From Candidatus Latescibacterota bacterium (GTDB lineage Bacteria > Latescibacterota > UBA2968 > GCA-2709665): DNA of 64,000 nucleotides. The stretch is from positions 657,851-721,850 of the forward strand of contig CAXXXF010000006.1 in the NCBI GenBank assembly GCA_963667175.2, read 5' to 3'. Numbering within the stretch: position 1 is the stretch's first letter; each line of letters begins with the position of its first letter. Made by a program: the position numbers and the translations under genes. Positions 28,769 through 38,779 of the stretch are shown piece after piece. The notes beneath the pieces are model-generated. The model ran no database searches. It saw nothing but the letters and a program-made list of their open reading frames with translations, and had not been told where the DNA came from.

Positions 28769-28800
28769 TTACACATAAACTTACACAATGTAATGTGTAA
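28769..28800. promoter_or_regulatory. Probable vapBC operator
   Basis: TTACACAT (28769), TTACACAA (28781) and inverted ATGTGTAA (28793) just upstream of vapB. Confidence 0.6.
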
Positions 28801-28883
28801 GAGCAAGCGAGTTTCCGAAGACCGGTCTTCCATCCCTGTTGTCGCGTCAGAAAATCATCGAATGATCGAAGGAGGTGTAAGCC

Positions 28884-30002
28884 TTGCGACTCCTGCAGTT
28901 TCACGATCCATCCGCGCGGAGTCCTTCGCGTCTCGGGCTAGTCGAGGACGACGTGGTCCGGGACCTCACGTCGTGCGAGCCGTACCCCGTCTCGATATAC
29001 GACCTGTACTATGCGCATGGAGGCGACGCCCGCGGGTTGGACAGGGTGGTCGCGGACGTCGACGCCGCGAACGCCCGTGCCCGCAGCCTGGCGGAACTGT
29101 TGAACAACGATCCGCACGCCGGACGGCCGCACCTGATCTCTCCCGTCACGCCGCCGCCCGGCCAACCCCAGAAGTTGCGTGTCTGGCTGGCCGGCGTCAC
29201 CCACGCCGACAGCGCCAGGCTGCGGGAGACGGAAGCGAAAGAGGCCACCGGCGGCGCCGTAAACGTGTACGACCAGAAATACCGCGAGTGCGCGGGCGGC
29301 GGTATACCGGAACTCTTCGCGAAGACCGGCGCGGACGCGCTGGCCGGACATCGCGGGCGCATCGCCAGGCCCTGCGACACCCGGCGCCTCGTGCCGGAAA
29401 CCGAACTGGTCACCGTGTACGGGCTGGACTCCCGGGGTCAGATCGAACGTCTGGGCTATACCGGCGGCAACGACTACACCGACAACGGTATTGAAGCCGA
29501 AAATCCGCTGAATCTTCCCCAGGCCAAGAACTGGGCCGGCGGTTGCGCGAGCCTGGGGCCCGTTCTGGTCACGGATTCCGAATTCGACGACGCCGGCGTC
29601 GCCGTCTCGTGCGAAATCCTGAGAGACGACGTTCGAATCGCCCGCAAGGCCGGCCATACCGGGCAGAATCACCTCAATATGCCCGATCGCCTCTTCCACC
29701 TGGAGCGGTCTCTCTTCAGCCGCCTGCCCCTGCCGGAGAAGACTCTGCAGTTGTTGTACTGGGGCACGCCCATCGTCTTTTCGGAAGCCGACCTGCCCAA
29801 CGGCCTTCAGGTTGACGACGTCGTCCGGATGTCGTTCAGCGGTATCGGCGACCTGGAGAATACGATCGGGCCATTCAGCGGAAACCGCCAGTTGTCCTGG
29901 CTGGAAACGAACCGGCGGCAGGGTGGCGGTTTCAACGTCACCGCGCAAGGCGACGGATCCGTGCCTACAAGACCCGATCGTGTCCCCACGGATCCTGTTT
30001 GA
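28884..30002 (+). CDS. Fumarylacetoacetate-hydrolase-family protein (2-keto-3-deoxy sugar-acid dehydratase-like)
   Basis: VWLAGVT..SA, PELFAK, VPETEL, GYTGGND, IEAENPLNLPQAK. Confidence 0.75.
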   Translation: MRLLQFHDPSARSPSRLGLVEDDVVRDLTSCEPYPVSIYDLYYAHGGDARGLDRVVADVDAANARARSLAELLNNDPHAGRPHLISPVTPPPGQPQKLRVWLAGVTHADSARLRETEAKEATGGAVNVYDQKYRECAGGGIPELFAKTGADALAGHRGRIARPCDTRRLVPETELVTVYGLDSRGQIERLGYTGGNDYTDNGIEAENPLNLPQAKNWAGGCASLGPVLVTDSEFDDAGVAVSCEILRDDVRIARKAGHTGQNHLNMPDRLFHLERSLFSRLPLPEKTLQLLYWGTPIVFSEADLPNGLQVDDVVRMSFSGIGDLENTIGPFSGNRQLSWLETNRRQGGGFNVTAQGDGSVPTRPDRVPTDPV

Positions 30003-30276
30003 CAATCTCGAATTCCTTGACCGGGCTCCGGCCGTGCGGCGGGTCATGCAGCGTCGTCGGGTTGTAGGAGGCCCCGGCCAGCTTCAGCAGCGAATCCAGC
30101 TGGGACTGACCCAGCGTGAGTCCGCCAAGAAACATCTCGTCGCCGTTGATATCCTTCACGGTTGTGCCGTCCGGCCCCACGAACACCCGGCGCAACGCCC
30201 GCAAGTCCGCACGGTGTTCCCGGAAATACGTCAGCGCGCGGGCGGGGTCATTGCCGTCGTACCTGAGGTCGGGCAT
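29965..30276 (-). CDS. Hypothetical protein
   Basis: 103-aa ORF with AGGAGG RBS and host-like codon usage. No recognised motif. Confidence 0.6.
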   Translation of the reverse strand: MPDLRYDGNDPARALTYFREHRADLRALRRVFVGPDGTTVKDINGDEMFLGGLTLGQSQLDSLLKLAGASYNPTTLHDPPHGRSPVKEFEIVKQDPWGHDRVL

Positions 30277-30612
30277 CGTTAACCTCCTCGTTTCATGACG
30301 TATTCAGGCATCGTTAAGAGAGTCCGCAGATAAGACGGGAATATGGAGGAACCACCGGAATCGGGCAAGCGGATTCAACGACCGCCATCGGCAATTCGCC
30401 ACCCGCTGCTGGCGTTCCGGCGAGGGAACCGGTCAAAACAGCCCTTGCAGACCGGATGCGATTGCGTTATATTTAGTCTGTTCTATTCCATAGAATTTAG
30501 TTTTTCTAATTGAATACATAAACGAAGATACAACACGTCCGATCGTGAATCGGGCTGGTAGACCGGCGTCCGGATCGACCACGCCGTGCGCCAATTGAAG
30601 AGGAGAACCGCT

Positions 30613-32634
30613 ATGGCCGAAAGCGCCAGAATACGGATCGACGGGCGGCCGGGTGAAGTTCCGTTTCCGGGCATCCCCGACGTGGGCGACGGTGGCGATG
30701 CCGCCATCTGGGTGGAAAAACACATCAGCCAGGGCGCCTGCGCCTACCCCATCACGTCGTCCTCCATTCTGGGCGAAAAATACAGCGCGGTGGTGGCCAA
30801 TGGCGGGGTCAACCTGTGGGGCGATACCCTGATCTTCATAGAGCCCGAGTCCGAGCACAGTTCGGCTTCGGCGGCCGAAGGCTTTTCCGTGGCTGGCGGA
30901 CGCGTCACCAACTTCACGTCCGGCCAGGGTCTGGTCCTGATGAAAGAGGTGCTCTATACCATCTCGGGCAAACGCCTGCCCGCCGTCTTCCACATCGGCG
31001 CGCGCGCGCTCACCTCGCAATCGCTCAACGTCCACGCCGGCCACGACGACATCATGGCCGTGGCCGACTGCGGCTGGGGCATCGTATTTGCCCGGAACAC
31101 CCAGGAGGTCATGGACGTGACGCTCATCGCGCGACGCGCGGCGGAAGCCTCCCAGACACCGTTCATGGTCGTGCAGGACGGATTCCTCACAACCCATACG
31201 GTCCAGAACGTCATGGCCATCGAGCCCGAACTGATGAAGCTCTTCGTCGGACGCCCGGAAGACAAGATCCAGAATCTCATGGACGTCGACAATCCGATGA
31301 TGAGCGGCGTGGTACAGAACCAGGACAGCTATATGAAGGGCAAGATCGCCCAGAGGTACTTCTACGACCGCGTGCCCGACGACCTGCTGGAGGCCATGCA
31401 TGAATTCTACAGGATGACCGGAAGGCGTTACGACATGCTCGACGGATACCGGCTCGAAGACGCCGAATACGTCATCGTGGGTATGGGCAGTATGCTCGAG
31501 ACCGCCCTCACGGCCGTCGATTGGTTGCGGGATACCGAAGACCTGAAAGTCGGCGCTCTTCACGTCACGTCGTTCCGCCCGTTCCCGGGCGTGGAGATTG
31601 TGGAAGCCCTGAAGAACGCGAAGGCCATTTCCGTTGTGGAACGCATGGACAACCCACTCGCGCAGTCCAATCCGCTTACCGCCGAAATCAAGGCCGCCTT
31701 CGCCGATGCCGCGGGGGGCATGAACGCATATCCACGAATCGAACGCATTCCCCGGATACTGTCCGGAATGGCCGGTCTGGGAAGCCGCGACGTCCGGCCG
31801 GGCGACTTCATATCCACGGTCAGAAACATGCAGGCGGCGGCGCCCGGGCAGAAGGAGCTTTTCGTTCTCAATATCGAACACGAACTTGCCCTCGACAGGC
31901 AGCCCGATCCGGCCATCAGGGAGATCGGCGCTTTCGCGATGCGCGGTCACTCGGTGGGCGGGTACGGGTCGGTTACGACCAATAAAGTCATTGCCACGCT
32001 GCTGGCGAACCTGGGGCTTCACGTCCAGGCCTATCCGAAATACGGATCGGAAAAGAAGGGCCTGCCCACCACCTATTATCTCACCGCGGCCAATGAACAC
32101 ATCCGGACCCACTCCGAACTGGAAGTCGTGGACTTCGTGCCGCTCAACGACGTCAACGCCTTCAATACCGCCAATCCCCTGGCAGGCGTTGTCGACGGCG
32201 GCATGGTCTTCATCCAGAGCCCCCACGTCGAAGCCGAAACGGTATGGGCCAATATCCCGGGATGGGCGAAAAAGGCGTTCCGCACCAAACGTATCAAACC
32301 CCTCGCCCTGGACGCCGTTAAAATCGCCCTGGAAGAGGCGCCCTCACCGGACCTGATGCAGCGTTTCCAGGGGATCGTGCTACTCGGGATCTTCCTGAAA
32401 CACACGCCTTTTCAGAAAGACCTGAACCTGACGGAAGACGAGCTGTTCGTCAACGTGGAGAACGCGGTCAACAAATACTGGGGCAATAAGGGCAGGGGGG
32501 TCGTGGACGCCAATATGAGCGCAATCATGAGAGGATACCGGGAAGTGTTCGAAGTCCCGAGGGAACTGATCGAAAGCACAATCGATCAGGAGACGGACGA
32601 ACTTCCGGCGGGCCTGGTCACCATCGGATGCTGA
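30613..32634 (+). CDS. Pyruvate:ferredoxin/flavodoxin oxidoreductase, alpha+gamma-like subunit (N-terminal half of NifJ-type POR)
   Basis: YPITSS, ESEHSSAS, FTSGQGL, HAGHDD, RPFP, SVGGYGSVT, YGSEKKG. Confidence 0.9.
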   Translation: MAESARIRIDGRPGEVPFPGIPDVGDGGDAAIWVEKHISQGACAYPITSSSILGEKYSAVVANGGVNLWGDTLIFIEPESEHSSASAAEGFSVAGGRVTNFTSGQGLVLMKEVLYTISGKRLPAVFHIGARALTSQSLNVHAGHDDIMAVADCGWGIVFARNTQEVMDVTLIARRAAEASQTPFMVVQDGFLTTHTVQNVMAIEPELMKLFVGRPEDKIQNLMDVDNPMMSGVVQNQDSYMKGKIAQRYFYDRVPDDLLEAMHEFYRMTGRRYDMLDGYRLEDAEYVIVGMGSMLETALTAVDWLRDTEDLKVGALHVTSFRPFPGVEIVEALKNAKAISVVERMDNPLAQSNPLTAEIKAAFADAAGGMNAYPRIERIPRILSGMAGLGSRDVRPGDFISTVRNMQAAAPGQKELFVLNIEHELALDRQPDPAIREIGAFAMRGHSVGGYGSVTTNKVIATLLANLGLHVQAYPKYGSEKKGLPTTYYLTAANEHIRTHSELEVVDFVPLNDVNAFNTANPLAGVVDGGMVFIQSPHVEAETVWANIPGWAKKAFRTKRIKPLALDAVKIALEEAPSPDLMQRFQGIVLLGIFLKHTPFQKDLNLTEDELFVNVENAVNKYWGNKGRGVVDANMSAIMRGYREVFEVPRELIESTIDQETDELPAGLVTIGC

Positions 32635-32774
32635 CCTGCGGTTCCGACTTCTTCAACGGCGCAGTGCCTTCCGATATCGCGTTTCAGGCGCGCATCGGCG
32701 TCACCGCGCCACGCTCCGAACCCGCAACGATGACGTCAATTCCGAACGTACAAGTCGAATCGGGAGTATAAACC

Positions 32775-34418
32775 ATGTCGACCAACGGCAAGAACGATCC
32801 CGCCACCCTGCTGAGCGTCAGTTCCCTGGAGGATATGGACGAGGCGCCGGTCTCCTCGTCGCCGCTCAACCTGCATACCCTGCTGGATATCGAAGACTTC
32901 AACGGGAGGGTCGTGGCGGGGTACAATACGGGCATTGCCGAACAGGGCCTGCCCGCGGACGTCGGCGTTGCGCGCAGCCTGGTGGGACCGGGTACCGGCG
33001 CCCTTCGCGACTTCAGCTACATCGCCCCCGAGATCCCGGAGTTCATCCAGGAAAACTGCGTCGGCTGCATGGACTGTGTAACGGAATGCCCGGATACGGC
33101 CATACTCGGCAAAATCACCACCCGTGAGGAACTTGACGCCGCCCTGGCCAAAACCACCGATCCGGAAACGAGAGAATTCCTGCGCAACCAGTTTTCCGAG
33201 ACCTCGAAGTACTACAAAAACTTCGAGAAGAAAGGAAAAGAGGGCGCCTATTTCGGCATCTTCATAGACCCCACCAAGTGCAAGGGGTGCGCCGAGTGCG
33301 TCGAGGTCTGCGCAGATAAAGACGCCCTGAAAATGGTCACCAAGACGGAAGAAAACCTGGAGGAATTCCGGGCCGCCTGGGACTTCTACAACGACCTCCC
33401 TGAATCTCCGAGCGAATACATCCTCGAAAAATCCGTTCAGGACATGATGCTTGCCGAGAGCTCTCTCCTCTACGTGGGCGGCGCCGGATCCTGCATGGGC
33501 TGCGGAGAAGCCACGGCCCTGCGCATGATGCTGGCCTCCACGGGTTATCTGCACGGCCCCGAAAACATCGGTCTCGTCGCCTCCACCGGCTGCAACACCG
33601 TCTACACCTCCACTTACCCGTACAACCCTTACACGGTGCCCTGGACCAATTCGCTCTTCGAAAACGGGCCCACCGACGCCATGGGGGTTCGCGCCCGCTG
33701 GGACCAGATGGGCTGGGGGGACAAGAAGATCTGGGTGATCGGCGGCGACGGGGCCATGCTCGATATCGGATTCCAGGCGCTCTCGCGAATGCTCATGTCG
33801 GGCATGAACATCAACGTCCTGGTCCTTGATACCCAGGTCTACTCCAATACCGGAGGACAGGCCTCCACCTCCAGTTACATGGGTCAGAACACCAAGATGT
33901 CCGTCCACGGCTCCGCGGTGCCCGGAAAAACCGAGCGCAGGAAGGAACTCGGCCAGATCTGCATGATGCATCCGGACACCTTCGTTGCGCAGACCATCTG
34001 CAGCCTTCAGAACCACTTCTACCGGGCAATCGCCGCGGCCAACGAATTCGACGGACCGGCCGTAATCAACGTCTTCACCACGTGCCAGCCCGAACACGGG
34101 GTGGGAGACCACCTGGCCGGACACCAGGCCAAACTCGCCATGGAATCCAGGGCGTTCCCCATCTTCATCTACGACCCGCGCAAGGGAGAACGCATCAAGG
34201 AACGGCTGGATCTCCGGGGCAACCCCGCAGTCAAGGAAGACTGGTATACCATCCGAAAAACCGGCGAAACCGTCGACTTCGTTACGTTCGCCCGGACCGA
34301 AGGGCGTTTCGCCAAGCACTTCGACAGAGACGGAAACCCGTCCGAAACCCTTTTGGCCGCCCAGGAAGACCGCCGGCAGAACTGGCGCATGCTCCAGGAG
34401 ATGGCCGGCATCATCTGA
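32775..34418 (+). CDS. Pyruvate:ferredoxin oxidoreductase, 2x[4Fe-4S] + TPP-binding beta subunit
   Basis: CVGCMDCVTECP, CKGCAECVEVC, SCMGCGE, GGDGAMLDIG..YSNTGGQ. Confidence 0.9.
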   Translation: MSTNGKNDPATLLSVSSLEDMDEAPVSSSPLNLHTLLDIEDFNGRVVAGYNTGIAEQGLPADVGVARSLVGPGTGALRDFSYIAPEIPEFIQENCVGCMDCVTECPDTAILGKITTREELDAALAKTTDPETREFLRNQFSETSKYYKNFEKKGKEGAYFGIFIDPTKCKGCAECVEVCADKDALKMVTKTEENLEEFRAAWDFYNDLPESPSEYILEKSVQDMMLAESSLLYVGGAGSCMGCGEATALRMMLASTGYLHGPENIGLVASTGCNTVYTSTYPYNPYTVPWTNSLFENGPTDAMGVRARWDQMGWGDKKIWVIGGDGAMLDIGFQALSRMLMSGMNINVLVLDTQVYSNTGGQASTSSYMGQNTKMSVHGSAVPGKTERRKELGQICMMHPDTFVAQTICSLQNHFYRAIAAANEFDGPAVINVFTTCQPEHGVGDHLAGHQAKLAMESRAFPIFIYDPRKGERIKERLDLRGNPAVKEDWYTIRKTGETVDFVTFARTEGRFAKHFDRDGNPSETLLAAQEDRRQNWRMLQEMAGII

Positions 34419-34451
34419 AAACGCAGCAGACGTCGCCGCGGATCGACACGT

Positions 34452-34488
34452 GAAAAGCCTCCGGAGGCGTGCCTCCCGGGGCTTTTTC
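34452..34488 (+). terminator. Rho-independent terminator
   Basis: GAAAAGCC..GGCTTTTTC GC-rich stem with a U-tract after the POR genes. Confidence 0.7.
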
Positions 34489-34591
34489 CATTTTGGTCCC
34501 GCTCAGACCGCGACCGCGCCAAAGGGCAACAAATTTGACTTTTCGGGCGTCTACCGGTAAATTCAGGGGCCGATCGGCGGATGATGGAGTT

Positions 34592-34639
34592 TAATTTCAG
34601 CCACGATTTTTTTCGTTTTTTTCGCGTGTTTTGTCGTTT
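34592..34639 (+). repeat. Second copy of the 10727-10773 repeat
   Basis: TAATTTCAGCCACGATTTTTTTCGTTTTTTTCGCGTGTTTTGTCGTTT. Confidence 0.75.
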
Positions 34640-34678
34640 ATGACGTCATTATCCAGGTAGCTTCCAGCGAGGCCGTTC

Positions 34679-37381
34679 ATGTCAGATAAAGTCGTCCGAA
34701 TCCCCTCCCGTGACGTCGACCCCGCCGAAACCCAGGACTGGATTGAATCGCTCGACTACGCCCTGAAAAACTACGGTCCCGACCGGGTGCGCTTCCTGTT
34801 CAAGAAAATCGAAGAGTGGGCGCACCGCGCCGAGGTGGTCATCCCCTTCAGCGCGAATACGCCCTACATCAACACCATCCCGGTGGACCAGCAGCACCCG
34901 TATCCCGGCAACCGGGAAATCGAACGCCGCATCAAGAGCATCATCCGCTGGAACGCCATGGCCATGGTGGTCCGCGCCAACCGCGAATACGACGGCATCG
35001 GCGGCCACATTTCCACGTACGCGTCCGCCGCCACGCTGCTCGAGGTGGGGTTCGACCACTTCTTTCACGGCCGCGGAAACGGCTTCGTGGGCGACCAGGT
35101 GTACTTCCAGGGGCACGCCGCGCCGGGCGTCTACGCGCGGGCCTTCCTCGAAGGCCGGATCGACGAGCAGGCCCTTGAGAATTTCCGCAGGGACCTCCGC
35201 CGCCCCGGCGGGCTGTCCTCCTACCCGCACCCCTGGCTGATGCCCGACTTCTGGGAATACCCCACGGTCTCGATGGGCCTGGCGCCCATCATGGGCATCT
35301 ATCACGCGCGGTTCAACCGCTACCTGGAAGATCGCGGCCTCAAAGACACGTCCGGGTCCCACGTGTGGGTATTCATGGGCGACGGTGAAACGGACGAGCC
35401 CGAATCGCTCGGCGCAATCACCCTGGCCTCCAGGGAAAAGCTGGACAACCTCATCTTCGTGATCAACTGCAACCTCCAGCGCCTGGACGGCCCGGTACGC
35501 GGCAACGGCAAAATCGTCCAGGAATTGGAAGCCGCGTTCCGCGGCGCCGGCTGGAACGTCATCAAGGTGATCTGGGGCGACGACTGGGACCCGTTGCTGG
35601 CCCGGGACGACGACGGGATTCTCGCCCAGCGCATGAACGACGTGGTAGACGGCCAATACCAGAAATACACGGTAGAATCGGGCGACTACATCCGCAGAGA
35701 CTTCTTCGGCGTCCATCCGGATCTGCTGGATATGGTCGACCACCTTTCCGACGAACAGCTTCAGAAAATGCGCCGGGGCGGGCACGACCCGGAAAAAGTC
35801 TACGCCGCGTACAGGTCGGCCGTGGAGCACCGGGGTTCGCCCACCGTCATCCTGGCGAAGACGATCAAGGGATACGGCGTCGGCGAGTCCGGTGAAGGCC
35901 GGAACGTCACCCACCAGCAGAAGAAGCTGAACGAAGACGAACTGCGGGAATTCCGGTCCCGCTTCGGGATTCCCATTTCGGACGACGAAGTCGCTGCCGC
36001 GCCTTTCTACCGGCCTCCCGAAGACAGTCCGGAAATCAGATATATGAAGCGGCGCCGGGAGGAACTGGGCGGCTACCTCCCCTGCCGGCAGGTCAACACG
36101 GAGCCACTCGCCGTTCCCGGGCTGGACCTGTTCGACGAATTCCTGAAGGGCACGCAGGGGCGGCAGGCCTCCACGACGATGGCCTTCGTCCGGATGTTCT
36201 CGATGCTCCTGCGCGATCCCGAAATCGGCAAACTCATCGTGCCCATCATTCCGGACGAAGCCCGCACGTTCGGCATGGAACCGCTCTTCCGGCAATGCGG
36301 CATCTACTCGCGCGTCGGCCAACTCTACGAGCCCGTAGACGCGGATCGACTTCTGTATTACCGGGAGGTCCGGGAAGGCCAGATCCTGGAGGAAGGCATC
36401 AACGAAGCCGGCTCCATGTGCTCGTTCATCGCCGCCGGCACCGCCTATGCCACTTGCGGCGTGAACACCATCCCGTTCTTCATCTACTACTCCATGTTCG
36501 GCTTTCAGCGCATCGGCGACCTGATCTGGGCCGCCGCGGATATGCGCTGCAAGGGTTTCCTCCTGGGAGGAACGGCGGGCAGGACCACGTTGAACGGCGA
36601 GGGTCTCCAGCACCAGGACGGCCACAGCCACGTGCTGGCCAATACCGTCCCCAACCTGCTCACCTACGATCCGGCGTACGCTTACGAAATCGCGGTCATC
36701 GTTCAGGACGGGATCCGGCGTATGTACGGTGATCAGGAAGACGTCTTCTATTATCTCACGCTGGGCAACGAACCCTACGACATGCCGGCCATGCCCGACG
36801 GCGCCGAGGAAGGCATTATCAAAGGCATTTATAAACTCAAGCCGGAATCTCTTGCAGACGCGGCGCATCACGTTCAACTCCTGGGCAGCGGCGCCATTCT
36901 GAGAGAAGCCATTCGCGCCCGGAGCATTCTGGCTGAACGATACGGCGTCTCCGCGCAGGTCTGGAGCGTTACCAGCTACAAGGAACTTCGGAGAGACGCC
37001 CTCGAAACCGAGCGCTGGAACCGGCTGCACCCCGCGGAACCGGCGCGCAAACCCTACGTCACGGAAGTGCTCGAAGACGCCCGGGGCCCGGTCGTGGCCG
37101 CTTCCGATTACATGAAAATCCTGCCCGACATGATCCGCCCCTGGGCGCCGCAGGATCTTGTCGCGCTCGGTACCGACGGCTTCGGAAGAAGCGATACCCG
37201 AGAAGCGCTTCGCAGGCACTTCGAAGTCGATGCCGAATCCATCGTCGTCGCCGCGCTCCACGCGCTCTCGAAACAGGGCCGGATCGGGAGCGACCGGGTC
37301 GCAAACGCCATCCGGGATCTTCGCGTCGACCCCGAAAAAGCCAATCCGGTCGCGGCCGGGCCGACGTTGAGTTACGGATAG
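34679..37381 (+). CDS. aceE: Pyruvate dehydrogenase E1 (homodimeric type)
   Basis: YFQGHAAPGVY, SSYPHPWLMP, PTVSMGL, GDGETDEPE..NCNLQRLDGPV. Confidence 0.97.
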   Translation: MSDKVVRIPSRDVDPAETQDWIESLDYALKNYGPDRVRFLFKKIEEWAHRAEVVIPFSANTPYINTIPVDQQHPYPGNREIERRIKSIIRWNAMAMVVRANREYDGIGGHISTYASAATLLEVGFDHFFHGRGNGFVGDQVYFQGHAAPGVYARAFLEGRIDEQALENFRRDLRRPGGLSSYPHPWLMPDFWEYPTVSMGLAPIMGIYHARFNRYLEDRGLKDTSGSHVWVFMGDGETDEPESLGAITLASREKLDNLIFVINCNLQRLDGPVRGNGKIVQELEAAFRGAGWNVIKVIWGDDWDPLLARDDDGILAQRMNDVVDGQYQKYTVESGDYIRRDFFGVHPDLLDMVDHLSDEQLQKMRRGGHDPEKVYAAYRSAVEHRGSPTVILAKTIKGYGVGESGEGRNVTHQQKKLNEDELREFRSRFGIPISDDEVAAAPFYRPPEDSPEIRYMKRRREELGGYLPCRQVNTEPLAVPGLDLFDEFLKGTQGRQASTTMAFVRMFSMLLRDPEIGKLIVPIIPDEARTFGMEPLFRQCGIYSRVGQLYEPVDADRLLYYREVREGQILEEGINEAGSMCSFIAAGTAYATCGVNTIPFFIYYSMFGFQRIGDLIWAAADMRCKGFLLGGTAGRTTLNGEGLQHQDGHSHVLANTVPNLLTYDPAYAYEIAVIVQDGIRRMYGDQEDVFYYLTLGNEPYDMPAMPDGAEEGIIKGIYKLKPESLADAAHHVQLLGSGAILREAIRARSILAERYGVSAQVWSVTSYKELRRDALETERWNRLHPAEPARKPYVTEVLEDARGPVVAASDYMKILPDMIRPWAPQDLVALGTDGFGRSDTREALRRHFEVDAESIVVAALHALSKQGRIGSDRVANAIRDLRVDPEKANPVAAGPTLSYG

Positions 37382-37423
37382 TCGTGTGGCGCCGCCGTCT
37401 GGGCCGCCCGCAAAGGAGGAGCC

Positions 37424-38716
37424 GTGGCTGAGGAATTCAGACTTCCGGACCTGGGCGAAGGCATCGATCGGGGCGACGTGGTGCGCGTCATGGTCTCCGA
37501 AGGAGATTCGATCGAGGTCGATCAGCCCGTGATCGAGCTGGAGACCGACAAGGCGCTGGTTGAAGTCCCGTCTTCAGTCGCCGGAACGGTCGCGTCGGTC
37601 AACGTCAGGAACGGCGACAGCGTCTCGCCCGGAACCGTGCTCATTTCCGTCGAAACGGCCCGGGGATCCGACGCGCGGAACGCCGAACGGGAATCACAGA
37701 GCGTCGAACGGAAAGCCAAGCCGCCTCCGCCGGAATCGCCCGAAGAGCGACAGACGCCGCCCGCGCCCGTCAACGCCAACCTGGACGAAGAACCGGCCGG
37801 GCCGGCGGCAACCGAACAGGTCACCGTGCCGGCCGCGCCATCCGTACGCCGATTCGCGCGCGAACTCGGCGTCGACCTGCGCCAGGTCCCCGGCAGCGGC
37901 GCCGGCGGCCGGATCACGCGGGACGACGTAAAGAGCTACGTGCAGATCTCACTGAACGACGCTGCGACGGCCGGTCCCGTCGTCGCGCCCGACCTGCCCG
38001 ACTTCACACGGTGGGGCCGCGTCGAGCGCGAGCCCCTGCCGGGCGTCCGAAGGACCATTGCGCAGAACGTTGCCATTTCGTGGGCGCAGGTCCCGCACGT
38101 CACGCAGTTCGATCGGGCCGACGTGACGGACCTGGAGGCGTTCCGGCAGCGGCACAAGGCCGGCGGCGAGGCCCGGCGCGGCAGGCTCACGCCCACGGCA
38201 TTTGTGCTCAAAGCCGTCGTCAACGCCCTGAAAGCCTTTCCGCGATTCAACGCCAGCCTGGACCTTGCCGCCGGTCAGCTCATCCTCAAGCACTACTACC
38301 ACGTCGGCGTGGCCGTCGACACGGAGCGCGGCCTCCTCGTGCCGGTGATCCGCGACGTCGAACGCAAAGACGTCTTCGAACTGGCCGCTGAACTCGACGA
38401 CCTCGCCACGCGCGCACGTGAGGGACGGGCCGACGTCGAAGAGCTTCAGGGCGGGACGTTTACCGTCACCAATCTGGGCGGCATCGGCGGCGGCGCCTTC
38501 ACGCCCATCGTCAACTTCCCCGAAGTCGCCATCCTCGGCATGGGGCGGTCCCGACCCGAACCGGCCGTACACGGCGGGCGCATCGAGTCCCGGCTCATCA
38601 TGCCGATCTGCCTGTCGTACGACCACCGGGTGGTCGACGGCGCCGACGGCGCGCGATTTACCAGACGTCTGGTCGCGTCCCTCGAAGACCCGGAACGCAT
38701 GCTGCTCGGTGGATAG
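37424..38716 (+). CDS. aceF: Dihydrolipoamide acetyltransferase E2
   Basis: Lipoyl ETDKA, E3-binding PSVRRFARE, catalytic DHRVVDG. Confidence 0.95.
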   Translation: MAEEFRLPDLGEGIDRGDVVRVMVSEGDSIEVDQPVIELETDKALVEVPSSVAGTVASVNVRNGDSVSPGTVLISVETARGSDARNAERESQSVERKAKPPPPESPEERQTPPAPVNANLDEEPAGPAATEQVTVPAAPSVRRFARELGVDLRQVPGSGAGGRITRDDVKSYVQISLNDAATAGPVVAPDLPDFTRWGRVEREPLPGVRRTIAQNVAISWAQVPHVTQFDRADVTDLEAFRQRHKAGGEARRGRLTPTAFVLKAVVNALKAFPRFNASLDLAAGQLILKHYYHVGVAVDTERGLLVPVIRDVERKDVFELAAELDDLATRAREGRADVEELQGGTFTVTNLGGIGGGAFTPIVNFPEVAILGMGRSRPEPAVHGGRIESRLIMPICLSYDHRVVDGADGARFTRRLVASLEDPERMLLGG

Positions 38717-38779
38717 CGGGCATCAGGAAACGCGGCGGCCCGCGTCATGGCCACGCGGGTACACCTGTCCGGAGCGATC

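Noticed and set aside
32626-32730. POR alpha subunit ends Gly-Cys-TGA, suggesting selenocysteine read-through
   Set aside because: No convincing SECIS hairpin. Read-through meets another stop and is out of frame with the next gene, which has its own RBS.
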